Assembly (NCBI GenBank): GCA_043810925.1
Contig: JBDRNT010000017.1
Span: 1-21,996 of the forward strand
Source of the DNA: Candidatus Eiseniibacteriota bacterium
GTDB lineage: Bacteria; Arandabacterota; Arandabacteria; Arandabacterales; Arandabacteraceae
Direction of reading: 5' to 3'
DNA length: 21,996 nt
Of this stretch, positions 6,290 through 16,375 are shown piece after piece. The number at the start of each line of letters is the position of its first letter. The first letter of the stretch is position 1. A model generated the notes under the pieces. It ran no database searches. It was not told the origin of the DNA and saw nothing but the letters and a program-made list of their open reading frames with translations. The translations under genes were made by a program, and so were the position numbers.

Positions 6290-6751
6290 CTATTTCCCCT
6301 CCATCGCTTTGTCCTTTTCCTCGGATTTTTTCTTGGCTTCCTTCTTGGCGTCTTTCTTTGCCTTCCGCGCGGCCTTCTCGTCCTCGACTTCCTTACCCTT
6401 CTCGGTCAGCTCGAGGATAACCATGGAGGCTGCATCGCCCCGCCGCTGACCGAGCTTGATGATCCGCGTGTAGCCGCCGTCTCTGCCCTGGAGCCTGGGG
6501 GCAATCGTGTCAAACACCTTCTTTACCACGGCCGCGCTGGGTACATGACGAAGCGCAAGTCTTCTTGAGTGGAGATCGCCCTTCTTTCCCCATGTGAGGA
6601 TCTTCTCCGCCAGCTTTCTCGCCTCTTTCGCCCGCGCTTCGGTCGTCCTTATGCTCTCATTTTCGAACAGCGACGCTACCATATTACGAAGCATGAGCTC
6701 CCGGTGGCTCTTTGTACGCCCAAGCTTCCTGCCCTTCTGTCTGTGACGCAT
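6290..6751 (-). CDS. rplQ: 50S ribosomal protein bL17 with K/E-rich C-terminal tail
   Basis: [12 protein letters not shown]...[17 protein letters not shown]; follows rpoA. Confidence 0.98.
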   Translation of the reverse strand: MRHRQKGRKLGRTKSHRELMLRNMVASLFENESIRTTEARAKEARKLAEKILTWGKKGDLHSRRLALRHVPSAAVVKKVFDTIAPRLQGRDGGYTRIIKLGQRRGDAASMVILELTEKGKEVEDEKAARKAKKDAKKEAKKKSEEKDKAMEGK

Positions 6752-6775
6752 CTTGAATCCTTCCCTCGAAATAGC

Positions 6776-7792
6776 CTAACTGTATTGCGCTTTGAGTTTC
6801 GCTGCGGCGTCCGCTTTTCTCTCATCCAGGTAGTAGTCGACTTCCAGTCCGAAGTGGAGGCCCATGCTCGTCAGGATGTCTGATATCTCCTTGAGCGACT
6901 TCCGTCCGAAATTCCTGAACTTCAGCATGTCCGATTCCGTCTTTTTCACCAGATCGGCGATTGTCTTTATGTTCGCGTTCCTCAGACAATTGCTCGAGCG
7001 CACGGAGAGCTCCAGCTCGTCGACGCTCCTCTCGAGAAGATCGTGTATCCTTATCCACTCATCATCGATCTCTTCGACCTCTTCCTGGGCCGGTTCCTCC
7101 TCCTTCGTTATGAAGAGTTGGAGATGGCTCTTGATAATGCTGGCCGCATAGCTGACAGCATCCTGCGGTGAAACGCTACCGTCGGTGAAGACCTCAATTA
7201 CTAACTTGTCATAGTCTGTACGCTGGCCTACTCGCGTGTTCTCGACACGGAAGTTCATACGCTTCACCGGAGAGAAATTCGAGTCCAGTGGAACCACACC
7301 GATAGGCTTGTCGCCCTCGCTCTGTGATTCGGAAAGGACAAAACCGCGGCCCGAGTCCACAGTTATCTCGACTCTCAGCTTGCCTCCCTTATCAAGAGTG
7401 GCAATCTGAACATCCGGATTGAGGATCTCGACTCCGGGTTCCCCAGTGAAACCTTCCGCAGTCACAGCCCCCGCCCCCTCGGCTTCAAGGGTCATGGTTC
7501 TGGGCTCATCAGCCTCAAATGCGAATATCAGTTTCTTGAGGTTAATGATGATCTCAGCAACATCTTCCCGAATATAGGGCAGTGTGGAGAACTCGTGCAG
7601 GGCGCCGTCTATCTTGACGCTCGTGATCGCCGCACCCTGGATCGATGAAAGCATGATCCGTCTCAGGGCATTCCCGAGCGTAGTTCCAAAACCTCGCTCA
7701 AGAGGCTCAACGATAAAGTACCCGTATGTATCCGTGGCAGATGCAGAATCGACTTCAACTGTCTTTGGCATCTGTAAGCTCTTGAATTTCAT
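6776..7792 (-). CDS. rpoA: RNA polymerase alpha subunit
   Basis: EPLERGFGTTLGNALRR, RVGQRTDYDKL, LELSVRSSNCL, NFGRKSL. Confidence 0.98.
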   Translation of the reverse strand: MKFKSLQMPKTVEVDSASATDTYGYFIVEPLERGFGTTLGNALRRIMLSSIQGAAITSVKIDGALHEFSTLPYIREDVAEIIINLKKLIFAFEADEPRTMTLEAEGAGAVTAEGFTGEPGVEILNPDVQIATLDKGGKLRVEITVDSGRGFVLSESQSEGDKPIGVVPLDSNFSPVKRMNFRVENTRVGQRTDYDKLVIEVFTDGSVSPQDAVSYAASIIKSHLQLFITKEEEPAQEEVEEIDDEWIRIHDLLERSVDELELSVRSSNCLRNANIKTIADLVKKTESDMLKFRNFGRKSLKEISDILTSMGLHFGLEVDYYLDERKADAAAKLKAQYS

Positions 7793-7832
7793 ATTACAGC
7801 CACCTCGTCCTTAGGGACCAATCCGACACCCA

Positions 7833-8453
7833 TCACTTGGAGTACAGCTCCACAATAAGCTGCTCCTGAATGGGAATGGCTATGCTTTCGCGAGTCGGAG
7901 CCTCGAGTAACGTCACCGACAGCTGCTCCGGGGAAACCTGCAGCCACGGCACGGAGTCCCCTCCACGCCTCTCAAGGCTTGCCTTGACAGCATCTTTTAC
8001 GGAATCTCTTGCGGCAACAACATCTCCAACTCTGACCGAGTAAGACGGGATGTTCACAATTCTCCCGTTTACAGTGAAGTGCCTGTGACATATCAACTGC
8101 CTCGCGGTATTCCGCGATGCCGCGAAGCCTGCACGCTGAACGATGCTGTCGAGCCGGAGCTCGAGCAGCCTGAGAAGATTCTCTCCGGTCACACCCTTCT
8201 GCCGCGAGGCCCTATCGAAGTACCGGCGGAACTGCTTCTCCAGCACCCCGTAGATTCTCTTGACCTTCTGCTTTTCTCTCAGCTGCAGACCGTATTCTGT
8301 CGTCCGTCTCCTCATGCGCTGGCCGTGCTCGCCTGGAGGGTACTGTCTCCTCTCGACCCCGCACTTAGTAGACATACAGCGGTCGCCCTTGAGGAACAAC
8401 TTCGTTACCTCCCTGCGACAAAGCCTGCACTTTGCACCAGTGTGTCTCGCCAT
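7833..8453 (-). CDS. rpsD: 30S ribosomal protein uS4 (Cys/Zn-type)
   Basis: [15 protein letters not shown]...KGDRC...KC, PPGEHG, QLREKQK, IVELYSK. Start at ATG 8453 behind SD GGGAGGGG. Confidence 0.97.
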   Translation of the reverse strand: MARHTGAKCRLCRREVTKLFLKGDRCMSTKCGVERRQYPPGEHGQRMRRRTTEYGLQLREKQKVKRIYGVLEKQFRRYFDRASRQKGVTGENLLRLLELRLDSIVQRAGFAASRNTARQLICHRHFTVNGRIVNIPSYSVRVGDVVAARDSVKDAVKASLERRGGDSVPWLQVSPEQLSVTLLEAPTRESIAIPIQEQLIVELYSK

Positions 8454-8467
8454 CAAGCCCCTCCCTT

Positions 8468-8860
8468 TTATACCCTTCGTCTCTTGGGCGGCCGGCACCC
8501 GTTATGCGGTATGGGGGTGACATCACGTATGGCGGTGATGTCCAGCCCTGCAGCCTGAAGTGATCTTATTGCCGCCTCTCGCGCCGGACCCGGGCCCTTT
8601 ACCCTGACTTCGACTTTCTTAACACCAAAACCCAGGGCCTCTTTCGCACAGGCATCGCCGGCAAGTGAAGCTGCAAAGGGCGTGCTCTTTCTTGAGCCCT
8701 TGAAGCCAACTCTCCCTGCACTGGACCAGGCCACAACGCCACCCTTGGAATCCGTTATGGTGATAATCGTGTTGTTGAATGTAGCCTGTATATGGGCAAC
8801 CCCGTTCTCGTCGATCCGTCTGTCTTTGCGCTTGGTTCTTTTAGCCTTCGGCTTCGCCAA
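8468..8860 (-). CDS. rpsK: 30S ribosomal protein uS11
   Basis: [44 protein letters not shown] start behind GGAGG. Confidence 0.98.
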   Translation of the reverse strand: MAKPKAKRTKRKDRRIDENGVAHIQATFNNTIITITDSKGGVVAWSSAGRVGFKGSRKSTPFAASLAGDACAKEALGFGVKKVEVRVKGPGPAREAAIRSLQAAGLDITAIRDVTPIPHNGCRPPKRRRV

Positions 8861-8879
8861 ATTTCATACCTCCATCCCG

Positions 8880-9263
8880 CTATGGCCTGACGTCTTTCTT
8901 CTTCCTGGTCATTACGCCCTTCTTGGGCCCTTTCCGCGTCCTCGCGTTGGTGTGCGTGCGTTGACCCCTTACTGGGAGCCCCCTTCTGTGGCGGAGGCCG
9001 CGGTAGCATCCTATATCCATCAGCCGCTTGACATTGGTGGAAACCTCAGATCTCAGCGCTCCCTCAACCTTGACATCGCTCTCAATGACTCCTCGCAGTT
9101 TTGCGGTGTCTTCCTCACTGAGATTCTTGGTCCTTACGGTCGGATCGACCCCGGTCTTGTCCAGGATTTCCTTCGCAGTCGTTCTGCCGATACCGAAGAT
9201 GTATGTAAGTGCGATCTCAATCTTCTTATCCGCCGGAAGATCTACTCCTGCAATTCTTGGCAC
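8880..9263 (-). CDS. rpsM: 30S ribosomal protein uS13
   Basis: [46 protein letters not shown] start. Confidence 0.98.
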   Translation of the reverse strand: MPRIAGVDLPADKKIEIALTYIFGIGRTTAKEILDKTGVDPTVRTKNLSEEDTAKLRGVIESDVKVEGALRSEVSTNVKRLMDIGCYRGLRHRRGLPVRGQRTHTNARTRKGPKKGVMTRKKKDVRP

Positions 9264-9277
9264 TCTCCTCGCACCTC

Positions 9278-9391
9278 CTATCCCTGCTTCTGTTTATGCC
9301 TCGGGTTCTTGCATATAACGTAGACGATACCCTTGCGTTTGACGATCTTGCATTTATCACAGATCTTCTTTACCGATGCCCTCACCTTCAT
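9278..9391 (-). CDS. rpmJ: 50S ribosomal protein bL36 (Zn-ribbon type), not in the ORF track
   Basis: Hand translation [37 protein letters not shown] (37 aa); SD GAGGAG. Confidence 0.97.
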   Translation of the reverse strand: MKVRASVKKICDKCKIVKRKGIVYVICKNPRHKQKQG

Positions 9392-9409
9392 CTCATTCTC
9401 CTCGTGACC

Positions 9410-9628
9410 CTATTTATATCTATAGACTATACGGCCACGGTTGAGGTCATAGGGCGAAAGCTCGACCGTGACCTTGTCTCCGGGCAGTATCTTTATAAAG
9501 TGCATCCTCATCTTGCCGGACACATGTGCGAGCACCTTATGCCCACTCTCAAGCTCAACTCTGAACATGGCATTTGGGAGTGCTTCCACAACGGTACCTT
9601 CAACCTGTATATTCTCTTCTTTTGCCAT
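9410..9628 (-). CDS. infA: Translation initiation factor IF-1
   Basis: [11 protein letters not shown]...[10 protein letters not shown]...[15 protein letters not shown]...SPYDL. Confidence 0.98.
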   Translation of the reverse strand: MAKEENIQVEGTVVEALPNAMFRVELESGHKVLAHVSGKMRMHFIKILPGDKVTVELSPYDLNRGRIVYRYK

Positions 9629-9633
9629 ATCCC

Positions 9634-10395
9634 TCAGACCTTTGTAAGGATCTCGGCTCCGGTCTCCCCTACGGCGACCGTATGCTCGAAATGCGCCGAC
9701 AGTGCTTCATCCTTCGTCACCCAGGTCCATCCGTCTCCCCTGAGTTTGATCTCGCTCGTCCCTATGTTCACCATAGGTTCGATCGCGAGTGTCATGCCAC
9801 TTACAAGCACCGGACTGCGACCCGGTGTCACAAAATTGGGAATATGCGGATCCTCGTGCATCTGCCGTCCGATACCGTGCCCGGCGAGATCTCTCACCAC
9901 CGAGTAGCCCGCATCCTCAACAACCTCCTGAACAGCTCGCGAGATATCACGGATCCGATTCCCGTCCCTGGCCTGGTCTATACCCGCGACCAGGGCCTCT
10001 TGTGTCGTATCCAGCAACCGTATGGCGTCGTCACTTGCCGATCCCACCGGGAAAGTGGCCGCACCGTCACCATGGTATCCTTCCTTCAACACTCCGACGT
10101 CTATGCTCAGCAGGTCCCCATCCACCAACACCCTGCTACCGGGGATTCCGTGAACGACCTCGGAGTTTACCGAAGCACAAATGCTCGCCGGGAAACCCCT
10201 GTATCCCTTGAAAGACGGCACACCACCCTCCGACCTGATGAAGTCTTCAGCCGCCCGGTCGAGCTCTCCCGTCTTGACACCCGGCTTGGCCATCGATCCA
10301 AGAACGTCAAGCGTTCTGGCAACCAGCCTCGAGCTGTGTCTCATGAGCTCGATCTCTTCCCCTGTCTTGACCGTCTTCCAGTCTTTCGTCTTCAC
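9634..10395 (-). CDS. map: Methionine aminopeptidase type I
   Basis: [45 protein letters not shown] metal-ligand motifs. Exact GTG start slightly uncertain (short SD spacing). Confidence 0.96.
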   Translation of the reverse strand: MKTKDWKTVKTGEEIELMRHSSRLVARTLDVLGSMAKPGVKTGELDRAAEDFIRSEGGVPSFKGYRGFPASICASVNSEVVHGIPGSRVLVDGDLLSIDVGVLKEGYHGDGAATFPVGSASDDAIRLLDTTQEALVAGIDQARDGNRIRDISRAVQEVVEDAGYSVVRDLAGHGIGRQMHEDPHIPNFVTPGRSPVLVSGMTLAIEPMVNIGTSEIKLRGDGWTWVTKDEALSAHFEHTVAVGETGAEILTKV

Positions 10396-10409
10396 CGCTC
10401 CCCCGGGGA

Positions 10410-11066
10410 TCAGTTCTTCCCCACCTTCGTGACTTCCTGCATCACGGCCGAAAATACGTCCTGGATCTCAGCGCTGCCATCCACTTTTCTCAGCAGACCC
10501 CTGGATTCATAGTACTCCACCAGAGGCAGCGTATCGTTGCGATAGACACCTAATCTTGTCCGAACCGTATCGTCTCTATCGTCGCTCCTTAAGATCAGAT
10601 CTACACCACACCTGTCGCATTTCTCATTCTCACGCGGAGGGTCGGCCCCAAGGTTGTACAGGGCCTTGCACTGGGGGCAGATCCGTCTCCGGGACAGCCG
10701 TCCCAGCACGACCTCGTCGTCAACATCAATAAAGACAACAGCATCAATCGCCAGACCACGCTTGCCGAGTATTTCTTCAATCCCGAGCGCCTGCGCGAGC
10801 GTCCTCGGGAAACCATCCAGCACGAAACCACTCGCGCAATCCGCCTCACCGACTCTCTTATCGACAAGGGAAAGCACGATATCGTCCGGGACAAGCCTGC
10901 CGCTGTCCAGGTATGACTTGGCTTTCTCACCCAGATCGGTCTTGAGTGCTACCGCTTCCCGCAGTATGTCCCCTGTTGATATCTGCGGCACACCCAGTTT
11001 CTCGCCGACCATGGTGGCCTGCGTCCCCTTGCCGGAGCCGGGGGGCCCGAGAAACACCAGTCTCAT
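10410..11066 (-). CDS. adk: Adenylate kinase with Cys4 zinc-type LID
   Basis: GPPGSGKGTQA, STGDILR, LDGFPRT, LID CPQC...CDRC, RSDD. Start at ATG 11066. Confidence 0.97.
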   Translation of the reverse strand: MRLVFLGPPGSGKGTQATMVGEKLGVPQISTGDILREAVALKTDLGEKAKSYLDSGRLVPDDIVLSLVDKRVGEADCASGFVLDGFPRTLAQALGIEEILGKRGLAIDAVVFIDVDDEVVLGRLSRRRICPQCKALYNLGADPPRENEKCDRCGVDLILRSDDRDDTVRTRLGVYRNDTLPLVEYYESRGLLRKVDGSAEIQDVFSAVMQEVTKVGKN

Positions 11067-11070
11067 CTGC

Positions 11071-12384
11071 TTATCTCCCCCTACCACGAAGCTTACCCTT
11101 CTTCAGGAAGCCTTCGTAGTGTCTCATGATAAGGTGTGATTCAATCTGCTGCAGCGTATCAAGTGCTACACCCACAACGATCAGGAGCCCGGTTCCACCA
11201 AAGTAGAAGGGCGCCTGGAATTTATAGATAAATATCGACGGCAGGATGGCGATAAAGGCCAGGAATATCGCGCCGGGGAGAGTGACCCTGGTAAGAACCC
11301 GATCTATGTACTCCGCAGTCTTCCTGCCCGGCCGGATACCCGGAATGAAGCCGCCATACTTTTGCATGTTATCCGCCAGATCCTGCGGGTTGAACACAAT
11401 TGCCGTATAGAAATAGGCGAAGAACACGATGATTATCCCATAGAGAATGTTATAGATCGCCGTACCCGGGCTCATCCACTGGGAAAACGTCTCCATAAAG
11501 CCTACCTTACCGAAGAAAGTGGCGATACTTGATGGAAACATCAGGATGGACTGGGCAAATATGATGGGGATCACGCCTGCGGTGTTGACCCGCAGGGGTA
11601 TATGGGTACTCTGCCCCCCGTATATCCGTCTCCCGATGACCCGTTTAGCATATTGCACCGGTATCTTTCTCATCGCCTGGGTCATGACGATAACACCTGC
11701 GATGATCATCACCATGAGCGCCATCAGGAAGATCAACGTGAAGAGCTTGAGCGATCCGACCCGGAGAGACTCGAAAGTCCGCACAAAGTCATTCGGGTAC
11801 CTGGCGATGATGCCTGTGAAAATGATCAGGGATATACCATTGCCGATGCCCTTATCGGAGATCTGCTCGCCAAGCCACATCAGGAACACCGTGCCGGACG
11901 TCAGCGTGACCATTGTCAGAAGTCTGAACGGCATGCCCCCCTGCGGAACGATCGGCGTTGAACTGGCGACCGGCATATTCTCAAGAAAGAGCGAGATCCC
12001 GTACGCCTGGACCATCGCAAGCACGACCGTTCCATAGCGCGTGAACTGCGTGATCTTCTTTCTGCCTTCATCTCCTTCTTTCTGTAGCTTCTCGAAATAT
12101 GGAATAACAGCCGTCAAGAGCTGCATAATAATCGACGCAGAGATATACGGCATTATGCCCAGCGCAAAGATGGTCGCCCTTGAGAACGCGCCGCCCGCAA
12201 ACATATCGTACAGGCCAAGAAGCGTCCCCTTCGTTCTGGAAAGCGCTTCTCCGAGCGCAGCACTGTCAATGCCGGGAACCGGAACATACGCCCCTATTCT
12301 GAAGACAATAAGAAGGGCTACAGTAAAGAGAATCTTTCTCCTAAGCTCCGGTATCTTGAAGATGTCATGGATTTTGCCAAGCAC
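11071..12384 (-). CDS. secY: Preprotein translocase subunit SecY
   Basis: IFALGIMPYISASII, MWLGEQI, GIGNGISL, AGVIPIIFA, FIPGIRPG, FGGTGLLIVVGV; GTG start. Confidence 0.98.
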   Translation of the reverse strand: MLGKIHDIFKIPELRRKILFTVALLIVFRIGAYVPVPGIDSAALGEALSRTKGTLLGLYDMFAGGAFSRATIFALGIMPYISASIIMQLLTAVIPYFEKLQKEGDEGRKKITQFTRYGTVVLAMVQAYGISLFLENMPVASSTPIVPQGGMPFRLLTMVTLTSGTVFLMWLGEQISDKGIGNGISLIIFTGIIARYPNDFVRTFESLRVGSLKLFTLIFLMALMVMIIAGVIVMTQAMRKIPVQYAKRVIGRRIYGGQSTHIPLRVNTAGVIPIIFAQSILMFPSSIATFFGKVGFMETFSQWMSPGTAIYNILYGIIIVFFAYFYTAIVFNPQDLADNMQKYGGFIPGIRPGRKTAEYIDRVLTRVTLPGAIFLAFIAILPSIFIYKFQAPFYFGGTGLLIVVGVALDTLQQIESHLIMRHYEGFLKKGKLRGRGR

Positions 12385-12387
12385 GCT

Positions 12388-12834
12388 CTATTTCCTCTCT
12401 ATCAGGTTGACCGTTCCTCCGGACTTTTCCACCATCTCCCTTGCCTTTGCCGATATCGCATGGGCCGTAATCTTCACGCCGAAACTCAGGCCCTCCGAGG
12501 CAAGGATCTTTATCTTTGCATCCGACTTCTTGACCAGGTTCTTGGCCATAAGGGCTTCCGGATTCACCTCATCGCCTTCACCGAATCTCTCGCCGATGGC
12601 CTTGAGGCTGACGATTTCATATTCCTTCCGGTTGAGAGGTTTGAATCCGCGTTTGGGCAGCCGCCTCTGAAGGGGCATCTGCCCTCCCTCGAACCATCTG
12701 TGTACCTTGCTCCTGGCTCTCTGGCCCTTGTCGCCGCGGCAGGATCGTTTGCCGTGACCGCTGCCCGAACCACGCCCGACACGTTTTCTCTTCTTAACCG
12801 CCCCGGGAGCCGGTGCCAACTCATTCAGTTTCAC
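12388..12834 (-). CDS. rplO: 50S ribosomal protein uL15
   Basis: RVGRGSGSGHGK, KGQRAR, FEGGQMPLQRRLPKRGF; GTG start. Confidence 0.97.
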   Translation of the reverse strand: MKLNELAPAPGAVKKRKRVGRGSGSGHGKRSCRGDKGQRARSKVHRWFEGGQMPLQRRLPKRGFKPLNRKEYEIVSLKAIGERFGEGDEVNPEALMAKNLVKKSDAKIKILASEGLSFGVKITAHAISAKAREMVEKSGGTVNLIERK

Positions 12835-13030
12835 TTGGTGCCTTCTCCTCCTCTATGACCTCGACGCTGATAAGATGCTTTACCTTTTCAATCATCCCGA
12901 TGATGGTGGGACCATCTCCATGCTCAACCACACTGCCTGGATGCTTGAGCCCCAACGCTCTAAGCACCCTCTTGTGGTCGCCCAATCTGCCGATGCCGCT
13001 TCGAATCTGCTTAATTCTCAGTCTCGCCAC
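12821..13030 (-). CDS. rpmD: 50S ribosomal protein uL30
   Basis: [11 protein letters not shown]...LRALGLK...[10 protein letters not shown]. Likely start GTG 13030; GTG 13039 is an alternative. Confidence 0.93.
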   Translation of the reverse strand: MARLRIKQIRSGIGRLGDHKRVLRALGLKHPGSVVEHGDGPTIIGMIEKVKHLISVEVIEEEKAPSETE

Positions 13031-13814
13031 TTTGCTCACTCTCCGTGAATCCGAGAACCTCGGGCACTGTCATGCCCCGTAACTTCGCAACGTCTGACGC
13101 CCGTCTGAGTCTCGCGAGTCCGTCCATCGTTGCCTTGACGACATTGTGAGGGTTCGCTGAACCCAGACACTTGGTCAGAATATCTTTGATTCCCGCAGGT
13201 TCGACCACGCCTCTGACAGGCCCACCGGCGATAACACCGGTTCCGGGAGAAGCGGGCTTTAGAAGTACTCTACCGGCACCGCTTCTGCCGATTATCTGAT
13301 GCGGGATTGTTGTACCCAGAAGAGGGATGCTCACCATACTCTTCCTGGCGGCCTCGCTCCCTTTTCTGATTGAGTCAGCAACCTCATTGGCTTTACCGAG
13401 TCCAACGCCGACCTTACCCTTGCCGTCGCCGACCGCAACTATCGCATTGAAACTGAAGCGCCTGCCACCCTTGACAACCTTTGCAACACGGTTGATGTGG
13501 ATCACGCGCTCTATCATCTCGGGCTCATCACTTCCCCGGGTATCTCGTCCCCTCGGCCCTCCGGATCTGCCCCTGCCGAAACCAGGTCTCTGCCCACCGA
13601 GCGGTCTCGCGCCCTGACGACTCGCTGGTGCGGACCCCTGTGTCGCTGCCGGCCTGGACCCCTGCGTCGCTGCCGGCCGGGGCTCTAGCTTCGCCGCTGG
13701 TTTGGACTTCTGCTTCGCTGCCGGCTTTACTGGCTGCTCGGCAGGCTTCTTTTCTTCTGCGGCCGCTTTCGGCTCTTCAGCCCCTCCAGCCTTGTCGCTA
13801 ACCTCTTCTGGCAA
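13011..13814 (-). CDS. rpsE: 30S ribosomal protein uS5 with ~99-aa low-complexity N-terminal extension
   Basis: [46 protein letters not shown] start 20 nt after the rplR stop; alternative ATG at 13517. Confidence 0.95.
   Translation of the reverse strand: MPEEVSDKAGGAEEPKAAAEEKKPAEQPVKPAAKQKSKPAAKLEPRPAATQGSRPAATQGSAPASRQGARPLGGQRPGFGRGRSGGPRGRDTRGSDEPEMIERVIHINRVAKVVKGGRRFSFNAIVAVGDGKGKVGVGLGKANEVADSIRKGSEAARKSMVSIPLLGTTIPHQIIGRSGAGRVLLKPASPGTGVIAGGPVRGVVEPAGIKDILTKCLGSANPHNVVKATMDGLARLRRASDVAKLRGMTVPEVLGFTESEQSGETEN
13632..13679 (-). repeat. 24-bp tandem duplication inside the rpsE 5' extension (RPAATQGS x2)
   Basis: Plus strand GGACCCCTGTGTCGCTGCCGGCCT / GGACCCCTGCGTCGCTGCCGGCCG, 22/24 identical, flanked by more degenerate 8-aa units. 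Confidence 0.9.
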
Positions 13815-13834
13815 AGTACAACCCCCTTCCGGCC

Positions 13835-14200
13835 TTAGAACTTGAGACCGGCTTTTCTCACAGCCTCGGCAAGGGCCTTAACCCGTCCGTGGTAGAGGTA
13901 ACCGGCTCTGTCAAATACGATTTGTGCGATTCCCTTCTCAAGTGCCATTCTTGCGATCTCATCGCCCACGGCCCGGCTCTCCGCAAACCTCTCCTTATCA
14001 CCCTTCACCTTCTCGGCTATGGTCTTGGACGATCCACACACGCCGACAACCGTCTTGCCGGCAACATCATCGACGATCTGGGCATATACATGCTTGTTGC
14101 TTCTGAACACCGCCAGTCTGGGGCGTTGTGAATCACCCCTGACCTTCTTTCTTATCCTGAGATGTCTTCGCTCTCTTCCGCCAAGTCTTTTTCCCGTCAT
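13835..14200 (-). CDS. rplR: 50S ribosomal protein uL18
   Basis: [37 protein letters not shown]. Confidence 0.98.
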   Translation of the reverse strand: MTGKRLGGRERRHLRIRKKVRGDSQRPRLAVFRSNKHVYAQIVDDVAGKTVVGVCGSSKTIAEKVKGDKERFAESRAVGDEIARMALEKGIAQIVFDRAGYLYHGRVKALAEAVRKAGLKF

Positions 14201-14213
14201 GAAGATTACTCCG

Positions 14214-14759
14214 TTATGCTTGCGCTGCCCCCGTTTTCCCAGCTTTCCGTTTCACATATTCACCGACATACCTTATGCCCTTGCCCTTGTAAGGTTCGGG
14301 CGGGTCTATCCTCCGGATCTCGGCGGCCACCTGACCGACGAGTTCCTTATCGATGCCGCTGACGACGATCTTGGTCGGAATCGGTACCTCGACTTTGATA
14401 CCTTCCCGGACCTCATAGATCACCGGGTGTGACATGGAGAGTATCAGGGTCAGTTTCTGTCCCTGTACCTCCGCTTTATAGCCTATACCCTGTATTTCCA
14501 GATCTTTCGAGAAGCCCTCGGTTACACCGCGGATCATGTTCGCAATCAGCATCCTCGTGGTCCCGTGGAGAGCTCTGTGGAAACCCTGGTCGGTCGGACG
14601 CTCTACCCTGAGAGTATCGTTTTCGGTAACCAGCTTCATCGCCGGATGAGCCGTACGCTCAAGGCTGCCCTTAGGGCCTTTCACCCTGACAAGATTCCCC
14701 TGAACCTTGACCTCCACCCCCGTGGGAATGGTTATCGGTTGTTTTCCTATCCTCGACAT
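14214..14759 (-). CDS. rplF: 50S ribosomal protein uL6
   Basis: [27 protein letters not shown]. Confidence 0.98.
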   Translation of the reverse strand: MSRIGKQPITIPTGVEVKVQGNLVRVKGPKGSLERTAHPAMKLVTENDTLRVERPTDQGFHRALHGTTRMLIANMIRGVTEGFSKDLEIQGIGYKAEVQGQKLTLILSMSHPVIYEVREGIKVEVPIPTKIVVSGIDKELVGQVAAEIRRIDPPEPYKGKGIRYVGEYVKRKAGKTGAAQA

Positions 14760-14772
14760 ATCTTGGCCTCAC

Positions 14773-15171
14773 TTACCAGACGCGGCATATCACCTCACCG
14801 CCGATACCTTTCCTCCGTGCTTCCTTACCCGTCATGATACCCTGGGAGGTAGTGATTATCGCTACACCCAGCCCGCCCTGCACGCGCGGAAGCCTCTTGG
14901 CACCTGCGTATGTTCGCAGGCCGGGAGTGGACACACGTTCCAATCCGCCGATCACACTCTGTTCTTCATCCGTGTACTTGAGGTAGATGCGCAGTCTCCC
15001 CTGTTTTCTGTCTTCGATATACTTGTAGTTACTTATGTACTTTTCTTCCAGAAGAACCCGCAGAATCTCCCTCTTGCGGCGGGAGGCCGGTACCTCCACT
15101 CTCTTGTGACCGGCCCTGCAGCCGTTTCTTATCACCGTCAGCATATCTGCTATCGGATCAGAGATTCCCAT
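14773..15171 (-). CDS. rpsH: 30S ribosomal protein uS8
   Basis: DPIADMLTVIRN, RVSTPGLR, GLGVAI, GGEVIC. ATG 15171 preferred over TTG 15174. Confidence 0.97.
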   Translation of the reverse strand: MGISDPIADMLTVIRNGCRAGHKRVEVPASRRKREILRVLLEEKYISNYKYIEDRKQGRLRIYLKYTDEEQSVIGGLERVSTPGLRTYAGAKRLPRVQGGLGVAIITTSQGIMTGKEARRKGIGGEVICRVW

Positions 15172-15197
15172 CAAACACGCTCCTCATCTCGAATGAC

Positions 15198-15383
15198 TTA
15201 CCAGCTTGCCTTGACAACGCCGGGGATCTGACCCATGAGTGCAAGCTCCCTGAAACAGATTCTGCATATTCCGAATTTTCTCAAGAATGCTCTCGGGCGA
15301 CCACAGCGATGACACCTGTTCATCTTACGAACCTTAAACTTAGGTTCATTTCTCCACTTCTCCATCTTGGCCTTTGTTGCCAC
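15198..15383 (-). CDS. rpsN: 30S ribosomal protein uS14, short zinc-binding type Z
   Basis: 61 aa; RCHRCGRPR...CRICFRELA...[12 protein letters not shown] start. Confidence 0.97.
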   Translation of the reverse strand: MATKAKMEKWRNEPKFKVRKMNRCHRCGRPRAFLRKFGICRICFRELALMGQIPGVVKASW

Positions 15384-15400
15384 CGATCCTCCCTCTTTCG

Positions 15401-16024
15401 CTAGCCAGATCTGAAAGGCATTCCGAGGCTCTTGAGTAACTCAAAGGCCTCTTCATCGGTCCTGGCCGATGTTTGAATCGTTATATCCATACCGCGCACT
15501 TTCGCGACCTTGTCATAGTCGATCTCGGGAAAAACAATTTGCTCCTTGATGCCGAAGGTATAGTTCCCGTGCCCATCGAAGCTGTCCGAGGAAAGCCCTC
15601 TGAAATCCCTGATCCTCGGGATTGCAACGTTGACGAGCCTGTCAAAGAACTCATACATCCGGGCGCCTCTGAGCGTGACCCGGCAACCTACCGGCATCCC
15701 CTTTCGCAACTTGAAGCTGGCGACCGACTTCTTCGCCCTCGTAACCTGGGGACGCTGCCCCGCTATGGTCATCATATCCTCAAGTGCTGCATCCTGGAGC
15801 TTCTGATCTTTAACACCGTCGCCTGTACCCATATTCACGACGATCTTCTTGATCTTGGGTATCTGGTACAGGTTCCCGTACCCGAAGTGTTTCTGCATTG
15901 ACGGCACGATTTCTTCCCTGTACCGGACGAGCAACCTGGGTACGTAGCCCTTTTCTACCCGAGTCGATGCATCAGGCTCGTCTTTGCCTTTTGCTTCTTT
16001 CTTGCCCTTTTTCTCCTCAGCCAC
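15401..16024 (-). CDS. rplE: 50S ribosomal protein uL5 with N-terminal extension
   Basis: [44 protein letters not shown] start. Confidence 0.97.
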   Translation of the reverse strand: MAEEKKGKKEAKGKDEPDASTRVEKGYVPRLLVRYREEIVPSMQKHFGYGNLYQIPKIKKIVVNMGTGDGVKDQKLQDAALEDMMTIAGQRPQVTRAKKSVASFKLRKGMPVGCRVTLRGARMYEFFDRLVNVAIPRIRDFRGLSSDSFDGHGNYTFGIKEQIVFPEIDYDKVAKVRGMDITIQTSARTDEEAFELLKSLGMPFRSG

Positions 16025-16041
16025 TTTGCACCAATCCTCAC

Positions 16042-16359
16042 TTATGCCTTGCCGACGATCTCATTACACTTGTTGCAGACTCTCACCCTGCGTCCCTCCA
16101 CAAGCCTGGTTCGCTTGGGTCTCGTTCCTTCACCACATCGAGGACACTGAACCATCACATTTGATACATGAATGGGTGCTTCCTTCTCAATCAACCCCCC
16201 GGGCTGCATCCTCGACTTCGGTTTGGTATGACGCTTTATGAAGTTGATCCCTTCGACAATGACGCGGTGTTTACCCGGAAAAACCTTCAGAACCTTACCG
16301 GTCTTTCCCTTGTCATCCCCCGAGATAACAACCACGGTGTCATCTTTTGCCACCCGCAT
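16042..16359 (-). CDS. rplX: 50S ribosomal protein uL24 (with CxxC...CxxC)
   Basis: [20 protein letters not shown] motif, EAPIHVSNV. Start at ATG 16359 behind GGAGG. Confidence 0.96.
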   Translation of the reverse strand: MRVAKDDTVVVISGDDKGKTGKVLKVFPGKHRVIVEGINFIKRHTKPKSRMQPGGLIEKEAPIHVSNVMVQCPRCGEGTRPKRTRLVEGRRVRVCNKCNEIVGKA

Positions 16360-16375
16360 TTCTAAGTGTCCTCCA

